Below are positions 20,699-28,605 of a DNA stretch of 28,605 nucleotides, piece by piece. How positions within the stretch are numbered: the first letter of the stretch is position 1; each line of letters opens with the position of its first letter. This DNA is from Octopus sinensis (Eukaryota). The notes beneath the pieces are model-generated. The model ran no database searches, was not told where the DNA came from, and saw nothing but the letters and a program-made list of their open reading frames with translations. Location of the stretch: positions 1-28,605 of the forward strand of contig NW_021833557.1 of NCBI RefSeq assembly GCF_006345805.1, given 5' to 3'. The position numbers and the translations under genes were made by a program.

Positions 20699-20926
20699 AT
20701 CGATTTCAGAATCGCTTCCATGGTTACGTGTATCGTCGCCATCATCATCATCAATATCAAAATAATCATCACCATCATCGTCGTAGCCAGTGTGTTGATT
20801 CGTGTCCAATTCTGTCCCAGCGGCCGTGGCTTCCACCGTCCCCGCCTCGGCGGGTACTGGTTGCTTGGTGTCAGGCGTCATCACTTCGTCGGCATTCTGG
20901 ATCATCTTTGTCATCACGTGAAGCAC
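20699..20926 (-). CDS. Internal coding exon 1 (in window): VLHVMTKMIQNADEVMTPDTKQPVPAEAGTVEATAAGTELDTNQHTGYDDDGDDYFDIDDDDGDDTRNHGSDSEID
   Basis: Long CT-rich tract followed by cgcacccag|GTG; donor GAT|gtaagt. 228 nt, phase 0 to phase 0, matching the exon at 18444. Confidence 0.8.
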
Positions 20927-21029
20927 CTGGGTGCGGCGTGATGACAGAGGAATGGATGACGAGAAAGAGGGGGAGAAGGGAGAGGAAGAAGGAAGAGAAA
21001 AATCAAAACAGTTATTTACAGAGAAACAA

Positions 21030-21065
<36 letters not shown>

Positions 21066-21454
21066 GGCGCAGGAGTGGCTGTGTGGTAAGTAGCTTGCTT
21101 ACCAACCACGTGATTCCGGGTTCAGCCCCACCGCGTGGCATCTTGGGCAAGTGTCTTCTACTATAGCCTCAGGCCGACCAAAGCCTTGTGAGTGGATTTG
21201 CTAGACGGAAACTGAAAGAAGCCTGTCGTATATATATATATGTGTGTGTGTTTGTGTGTCTGTGTTTGTCCCCTTAGCATCGCTTGACAACCGATGCTGG
21301 TGTGTTTACGTCCCCGTTACTTAGCGGTTCTGCAAAAGAGACCGATAGAATAAGTGCTGGGCTTGCAAAAGAATAAGTCCCGGGGTTGAGTTGCTCGACT
21401 AAAGGCGGTGCTGCAGCATGGCCGCAGTCAAATGACTGAAACAAGTAAAAGAGT
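21066..21454 (+). mobile_element. Full-length SINE
   Basis: Complete head, CORE, microsatellite and tail. Confidence 0.92.
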
Positions 21455-21465
21455 AATATATATAT

Positions 21466-21868
21466 CTTTTTTTTTTTTACTTGTTTCAGTCATTTTGACT
21501 GCGGCCATGCTGGAGCACTGCCTTTAGTCGAGCAAATCGATCCCGGGACTTATCTTTGTAAGCCCAGTACTTATTTTATCGGTTTCTTCTGCCGAACCGC
21601 TAAGTTATGGGGACATAAACACACCAGCATCGGTTGTCAAGCAATGTTAGGGGGACAAACACAGACACACAAACACACACACATATATATACATATATAT
21701 CTATACGACAGGCTTCTTTCAGTTTCCGTCTACCAAATCCACTCACAAGGCTTTGGTCGGCCCAGGGCTATAGCAGAAGTCACTTGCCCAAGATGCCACG
21801 CAGTGGGACTGAACCCAGAACCATGTGGTTGGTTAGCAAGCTACTTACCACACAGCCACAACTGCGCC
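21466..21868 (-). mobile_element. Full-length SINE, tail-to-tail with the previous copy
   Basis: Complete reverse-oriented copy starting about 12 bp after 21454. Confidence 0.92.
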
Positions 21869-21896
21869 TACACATATATATATATATAAGAATTTT

Positions 21897-22268
21897 GGGA
21901 TTGTTTCTGTTTGACCGGCAGATGATTAACATAATTTCTAGGTAACTAAACACTTTTAAACTTCGTATACTGGTAGAATGTGTTTATAAAACATCTTTTT
22001 CTCTTGGCTTTATTGAGAAAATTCTATGGTTTGTAAGATATTTGTTGGTTTTTTTTCCTTCAATTTCTGCAATTTCGACCAATCAATGACGTCTATTGAA
22101 GTGAAAACATTCTGTGCCGTATGAATATGTCCCTCGTTTAAGAAACAGATTGGGTTTATTTACATTTGTGAAGAAAAAAAGATACCCTTCCCCCCACCCC
22201 TAACCTTAAAACAGATTGAAATGCAATAGATCGATACTAGGATCATAAATATGGGTGACAATTTCATA
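21897..22268 (-). mobile_element. MITE copy 3 (left arm of the palindrome)
   Basis: Reverse complement of about 15-395. The inner TIR is missing. Confidence 0.82.
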
Positions 22269-22269
22269 A

Positions 22270-22616
22270 TAGTATCGATCTATTGCATTTCAATCTCTTT
22301 CAGGGTTAGGATTAGGGTGGGGGAAGGGTATCTTTTTTTCTTCACAAATGTAAATAAATCCAATCTGTTTCTTAAACGAGGGACATATTCATACGACACA
22401 GAATGTTTTTTTTTACCTCAACAGACGTCATTGATTGGTTGAAATTGCAGAAATTGAAGAAAAAAACAACAAATATCTTACAAACTATGGAATTTTCTCA
22501 ATAAAGCCAAGAGAAAAAGATTTTTTATAAACACATTCTACCAGAATACGAAGTTTAAAAGGGTTTGGTTACGTGGAAATTATGTTAAACATCTGCCGTT
22601 CAAACAGAAAAGATCC
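22270..22616 (+). mobile_element. MITE copy 4 (right arm of the palindrome)
   Basis: Colinear with about 40-395; ends ...CTGCCGTTCAAACAGAAAAGATCC. Confidence 0.82.
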
Positions 22617-22670
22617 AAATTTCGGACCTGAGTTTGCACCCCGTAAGCAAATTCCGTTCCTGGGCCACTG

Positions 22671-22796
22671 CATACATACATACATACATACATACATACA
22701 CATATACATACATACATACATACATACATACATACATACATCATACATACATACATACATACATACATACATACATAAACGCACACACACACACAC
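22671..22796. repeat. (CATA)n/(CA)n microsatellite
   Basis: Direct reading. Confidence 0.96.
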
Positions 22797-23134
22797 TGTG
22801 TTACCAACTTATCTATCGCACTTGCTCCTCACCCACGAACCCACAATCCATCCATGACATCCCTGAACAAAAACAAAAGTTCCCCTTTTACCTTAACGAA
22901 AGAAATTAAGATTTCATCCAACAGAGTTTGGTGTACGCGGCCATGATTTTAGTTGCCATAGCGACAGGTGTGTCCGGGATAAACAATTCAATGTAAGGGA
23001 GATAATCCACTTCTTGTCCGTTACAGTATGTAGGCTGGTCTATGGTTCTATATACATTGAAAACTTCCATGCTTCCTGAGATTCGCCAACACCACACCTG
23101 AGCTTTCTCCCCTCCATACACACAAGCAAGCATC

Positions 23135-23251
23135 TATCTGACTCATACACTGTTCACTCCCCAGGCAGATGCTTTATACGCAGTTTTTGACAAGTTGTGG
23201 GGCACCTGAGCACTGTATACAATAACTTCATTATTATTATTATTATTATTT
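23135..23251 (+). mobile_element. Probable retroposon 3' end with (ATT)n tail
   Basis: ...GCACCTGAGCACTGTATACAATAACTTC(ATT)n. Inferred from the tail structure only. Confidence 0.35.
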
Positions 23252-23683
23252 AATAAAGGAATCGACTGACATGGCAAGGTTGGAGGAAGACGAACCGTTG
23301 ATTAGGAAGCAACGTCTACGATGGACACGAAACTCATTTATGAGCGCAGAACAAGTGATGGACGATAAGAGAATATCAATTGGGTAAGGAATGACCATGC
23401 TTCTTTTCCCCTTTAACAATGCTTGCTGCTCTTGTTCCAACCATGGCTGCCCCTGCGTAGTTATTTGTGGTGTTGTTTACTTTGTAAAACAATGAAGGGA
23501 GATGGTTGCTAGCACATCAACCTCTACCCACGTTTTCCCCTTCAACATCTTTACCATAAAGGGTCCCTAACAAAATCCGATAATAGGTATAGAAGCAAAA
23601 GGGACAGAGAGGGCGCGGTTGGATTGGGGAAGTTCTTTTGAAGTTGGCTTGCCGATGGTGTGTGTGTGTGTCACTGAATCCTT

Positions 23684-24790
23684 ACATACACACATAAATA
23701 TACACACATTCATACATACATACATACACACACACATAAATACATACACACACACATACATACATACATACCTACATACATATATACATACGTACATACA
23801 TACATACATACATACATACATACATACATACATACATACATACATACATACATACATACATACACACATACATACATACACACATGCATACACACATACA
23901 TACGTACATACACACATAAATACATACATACATACATACATACACGCATACATACACAAATACATACATACATAAACACATACATACGTACATACATACA
24001 CACATACATACATACGTACATACACACATAAATACATACAACATACATACATACATACATGCATACACACATACATACACACATACATACACAAATATGT
24101 ACATACATACAAACACACATACATACACAAATACGTACATACATACATACATACATACATACACGCATACTTACATACATCATTACATACATACACACAT
24201 ACATACACATATACATACACACATACATACATACACACATACAGACACACATACATACATACACACATACATACATACATACATACATACATACATACAC
24301 ACACACATACTTACATACATACACACATACATACATACACACATAAATACATACGTACACACATACATACATACATACATACATACATGCACACATACAT
24401 ACACACATACATACACACATACATACACACATACATACACACATACATACACACATACACACATACATACATATATACATACATACATACTACATACATA
24501 CATACATATATACATACATACACACATACATACATACATACACACATACACACATACATACACACATACATACACACATACATGCACACATACACACATA
24601 CATACATACATACACACATACATACACACATACTGACATACATACACACGTACATACATACACACATAAATACATACATACATACACACATACATACATA
24701 CATACATACATACGTACACACATGCATACATACATATACATACACACATACACATAAATACATACATACATATGTACATACACGCATACA
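23684..24790. repeat. 1.1-kb compound (TACA/CACA)n microsatellite
   Basis: Direct reading. Source of the HTYI and MYVC pseudo-ORFs. Confidence 0.97.
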
Positions 24791-24794
24791 TAAA

Positions 24795-24914
24795 CTCTCC
24801 CTCTCTCTCTCCCACCCCGTCTCCCCTCTACCTTTACCTCCCTCTCTCTGCCTCTCTCTCTGCCTCTCTCTCTTTCCCCCTCTTCCCCCCCTCTCTCTCT
24901 CTCTGTCTCTCTCA
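24795..24914. repeat. (CT)n-rich tract
   Basis: Direct reading. Confidence 0.9.
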
Positions 24915-24949
24915 GTCATCACTGAATGCTTTCATGGTATGTAATAGGC

Positions 24950-25156
24950 CTTCAAGCTCATGTCCGGCTTTCGGATCCGTGGAACAAGCTGCCAGACGAG
25001 ATGGTGAAGATGCCGACGACCGCTTTGTCAAAGCCTCCCTTGACCTCAAGTGGCCTCAACTCTTTACATGAACACCACCCTGTACTTAACTCCATGTCCC
25101 CCTACATGGCCTTGCTATTTGCTTTTGAGCCAAATTAACTAACTAACTAACTAACT
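24950..25156 (+). mobile_element. CR1/L2-type LINE 3' end with (TAAC)n tail
   Basis: WNKLPDEMVKMPT, then after a frameshift FVKASLDLKWPQLFT*. This matches the WN.LP..VV.A.S...FK..LD C-terminal motif. A short UTR and (AACT)5 follow. Confidence 0.8.
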
Positions 25157-25276
25157 TGTCTTTGCCTAAGAGTTTAAAGTCATCCATACACAATAGATGG
25201 CTTATTTTCTCATTGTCCATTTTATACCCGTACCCAGAACTTCATTTCTTTATTGTCTTTAAAACTGGTAGATATT

Positions 25277-25390
25277 CTATCGGTTTCTATGAGGGGAACA
25301 GCTATGTTATGACGATGTAAACACAGCAACACTGGTGGTCAAGTGGGGTGGATGGACAAACACAGACACAAAGACACATACACACACACA
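25277..25390 (-). mobile_element. Degenerate SINE 3'-half fragment
   Basis: CTATCGGTTT...GTAAACAC...GTCAAG...GGACAAACACAGACACA matches the family. Confidence 0.6.
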
Positions 25391-25473
25391 CAATTATATA
25401 TATATATATATATAATAATGGATTTGTTTTATTATATAGGCAGCGCTGTGACAACCTGAGACGCTGGGTATGT

Positions 25474-25829
25474 ATTATACTTTTGGAATTTCTCTCTGCT
25501 TAATTGACATTTTCATAATGTCTTTGTTATTTTTATGATCCACATTTCATGGTGTAATGATGAATATCTTGGAATCCCGTTCAGCTTATTTCTCCAGTTT
25601 TAGAATTTAATGATAAAGTCCCCATGAAAAATTCCTTTCGTCTATCTCTCGTTATGAATATGGTAAGAATAAATCTCTTTAACCTGTAAAGGGAAGAATT
25701 TTATAAAATTGTTCTATAAATTTGTCTCTGAAATTCATTTTCAGCAATGGTAGTCATAGCAACGTGGTTAAGAATCTAGCTTCACAACTCTGTGGTCTTG
25801 GTTTCAGTCCCACTGCATGGCACCTTGGA
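25474..25829 (+). repeat. ~355-bp direct duplication, copy A (pairs with 26671-27026)
   Basis: Near-identical AT-rich sequence ending inside a SINE head at CACCTTGGA. Confidence 0.9.
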
Positions 25830-26670
25830 TATTAAGGTATACAATATATATATATATATATATATTATATTATATTTAAATACACGTATAATCAGCTACA
25901 AAACCTGACGTATGCAAATTTTAAAAATATATTCAATCTATCACTCATTAAAATCTTAAAAGATATAAAAAATTTACAGATACATAAATATATAAAAACA
26001 TAATATACATGTATGGGGGAGAAAAACTATATTGAACTATAGAAATATATATTAAGGTATACATAGAAAACATTGTCCTACTTAAAGATGAAAGGTGTTG
26101 TTAAGGAATATGGAAAGATAAAAGTGAAAATACTTGCGAGAAAGTGAATAAATGGATGTTTTAAGCATGGAGGTTGGAGTTTGCAATAATTCGATGGAGG
26201 TACTCCAGTTTAAATACTTAGGTGGTGATACTTCAACGGCCGTTTCAAGGGTACAGAAATCCTTAGAAATGAAGGATTATTCCTATACATATTTTAGACA
26301 TTGCAGCTTTCATCATGGGAAGATATATTTAAATGCAGGAAAATGTATTTATATGTATATACATACAAACACACCCATACACTTACACACACACACACAA
26401 ATCCCCTCAACTGAGAAGAGTCAACTGTTGCCTTTTGCGGGTGAAAGGAGTCAAAAGGCCTCGACTTTTTCCACATTTTCTTTTCGCAGTTGTTTCCCTT
26501 TATACGTATTATCATTACGAGTTTTTCAGTTCTCTCCCTTTATTGAGATTTTAATTTTTTTTTTAAACAAAATGTTTCTTCTTTAAATTCTTCTGCAAAA
26601 TTTAATGTCTTATAACTTTCGTTTTTTAGAAGACAAAATTTCGCTGTGAAAACCATCCTTTCTGCAACTC

Positions 26671-27026
26671 ATTATACTTTTGGAATTTCTCTCTGCTTCA
26701 ATATCATTTTCATAATGTCTTTGTTATTTTTATGATCCACATTTCATGGTGTAATGATGAATATCTTGGAATCCCGTTCAGCTTATTTCTCCAGTTTTAG
26801 AATTTAATGATAAAGTCCCCATGAAAAATTCCTTTCGTCTATCTCTCGTTATGAATATGGTAAGAATAAAACCCTTTAACCTGTAAAGGGAAGAATTTTA
26901 TAAAATCGTTCTATAAATTTGTCTCTGAAATTCATTTTCAGCAATGGTAGTCATAGCAACGTGGTTAAGAATCTAGCTTTGCAACTCTGTGGTCTTGGTT
27001 TCAGTCCCACTGCATGGCACCTTGGA
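26671..27026 (+). repeat. ~355-bp direct duplication, copy B
   Basis: See copy A. Offset 1197 bp. Confidence 0.9.
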
Positions 27027-27395
27027 CAAATGTCTTCTGATATAGCTTGGGCTGAGCAAAATCTTGTGAGGAGAGAGTCAGCCTTGATGAGATGCAGTTT
27101 GTTTGTGCCGGGGGAGAAACACTCGTGAAGCTATTTACCTGTTCAGGCCACGATTTCGTGGGGAAGCAAAAACATTTATTTGTGTGTCTGTGTTTATCCC
27201 CCAAACCGTTTGACAGCCTGTTTTGGTATATTTATGTACCTGTAACTGAGAGGTTCAGCGAAATAGATGGACAGAATAAGTCCCAGGATGAACAAGAAAT
27301 ATGAATTATCAATGGTGTCAATTCTATCGACGAAAATTCTTCAAAGCGCTGCCCCAGCATGGCCGCAGCGAAATGACAGAATCAAGAAAAAGATT
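26947..27395 (+). mobile_element. Old, diverged full-length SINE
   Basis: Degenerate head GGTTTCAGTCCCACTGCATGGCACCTTGGACAA; tail GCTGCCCCAGCATGGCCGCAGCGAAATGACAGAATCAAG. Confidence 0.7.
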
Positions 27396-27639
27396 TTTAA
27401 AAATGTGTGAGTGCGTGTGTATGTGTATGTGTGAGCATGCGTGTGTGCGTATGTGTTTGGAAGATGTCCATGTTTATACTGTGTAACTTCAAACACGCCT
27501 CTACAACCCACAACAGTTCAAAAAAGAGAGACAGAGTCGCAGAGAAAAGGGGAAAGTGTTCTTTGCATTTGAAAACTCTGGAAATATTTCTTTAAAAACC
27601 ATTTCAGACGGATAGGTACATAGGTTACAAGAACAGACA

Positions 27640-27960
27640 CATATGGAGACATGGATCCACACATATAAAGATGCACATCCATACATACAAATATGGTACA
27701 TCGTTACATAACACACACACACACACACACACACAAGATATGCACACACAAGGAGACAGAGGTGCATACATATACAAACACACGCTCACACACGCATACA
27801 TAGAAAATCCACAAACACGGACGGGCAAGCACATAAATATGCAGGATACGTACATACAGATGCACACACATACATACATACGTACATGTATAGGCACACA
27901 CACACACACATACACACACACACACTGACCCACACACACTCTGACCCACACACATGCGCA
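27640..27960. repeat. (CA/TACA)-rich low-complexity tract
   Basis: Direct reading. Confidence 0.85.
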
Positions 27961-28230
27961 CAAACAAGCAAAAGGGAACGTAGTGTAAATAAGGGACAGA
28001 GTCAAAACTATTGAAAAGGTTGCAAGACGCAACGAAAATTTTAGGACAATAAAAATAAGAAATGAGTGGAAATTTTACCGGTGAGTGTGTTAAATAATAA
28101 GGTACTAAAAGAGAATGACCCTCCCCAGACAAAACAGATTGCGCATGGGACCATAATACCCCCACATTCAGACTGTGACCCACATTGGCACTTGATAGCT
28201 TGTCCTGGCTTGTCTCTGGATCATGTCAAT

Positions 28231-28320
28231 ACTTATATATATATATATACATACATGCATAGAATGTATATATATCTATCTATCTATCGGTGTTATATAT
28301 ATATTATATATAATATATAT

Positions 28321-28354
<34 letters not shown>

Positions 28355-28376
28355 CGATAGATACATAGATAGATAG

Positions 28377-28411
<35 letters not shown>

Positions 28412-28605
28412 TATAAATACATATGCATGCATAATATATATATATATATATACACAAAATATAAATATGTATATATAGAATGTATACACAATATATATAT
28501 GAAATAATTGTATATACACACATATATATATACACACACAATATATATATATATGTATGTGTGTATGTATATATAAATAAATACATATACATGCATATTT
28601 ATGTG
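28231..28605. repeat. (TA)n/(GATA)n compound microsatellite
   Basis: Direct reading. Confidence 0.95.

Noticed and set aside
914-21868. SINE heads as tRNA genes
   Set aside because: Only A and B boxes remain. There is no cloverleaf, and each head continues into CORE and tail sequence.
23255-23450. Candidate extra exon (minus: GQPWLEQEQQALLKGKRSM, phase 0) or LINE C-terminus (plus: IRKQRLRWT)
   Set aside because: The acceptor lacks a pyrimidine tract and the donor GTCATT is weak. The LINE-like match lacks the GHV.RM motif. Neither reading is supportable without RNA data.
22569-24944. Long HTYI/MYVC-repeat ORFs up to 256 aa
   Set aside because: Translations of (TACA)n microsatellites. The same applies to 17808-18408, 18416-18745 and 27500-28596.
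24909-24945. Plus-strand 21-nt micro-exon (ctctcag|...CATG|gtatgt)
   Set aside because: It is on the strand opposite the host gene, its pyrimidine tract is just a (CT)n microsatellite, and there are no partner exons.
25600-26880. Duplicated exon within the 355-bp duplication (minus acceptor ttccctttacag; plus ttttag...ATG|gtaaga)
   Set aside because: All minus-strand frames hit stops before any donor. The 59-nt plus-strand candidate is on the opposite strand with no partner exons.
28110-28220. Minus-strand IKCQCGSQSECGGIMVPCAICFVW resembling the first half of a PHD finger
   Set aside because: The frame opens right after a stop, lacks the HxxC and final CxxC ligands, and has no convincing splice sites.

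Overview
Repeat-rich eukaryotic genomic DNA. The repeat families (tRNA-derived CORE-type SINEs with an internal (TA)n(TG)n tract, RTE LINE pieces, dense TA/TACA/AAT microsatellites) look like those of an octopus (coleoid cephalopod) genome; this is pattern recognition, not a search result. One protein-coding gene crosses the window on the minus strand. It has five GT-AG exons with matching phases (20699-20926, 18345-18444, 17185-17252, 4816-5151, 2204-2496) and encodes an acidic, probably coiled-coil protein I cannot name, with one apparent 1-nt frameshift in the D/N-rich exon. Its introns and flanks hold: a 10.7-kb array of about 88 copies of a 121-bp satellite with multi-monomer duplicated blocks; two tandem Penelope/retrozyme-like units, each with a minimal hammerhead-ribozyme-like fold on the gene's sense strand; RTE LINE fragments, one with a PHD finger inside the RT region; a Dong/R4-type restriction-like-endonuclease element sitting in (TAA)n; a CR1/L2 3' end; more than ten SINE copies or fragments; and four copies of a ~400-bp MITE, two of them fused into a ~720-bp palindrome. 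Most entries in the supplied ORF track are microsatellite or SINE artefacts.
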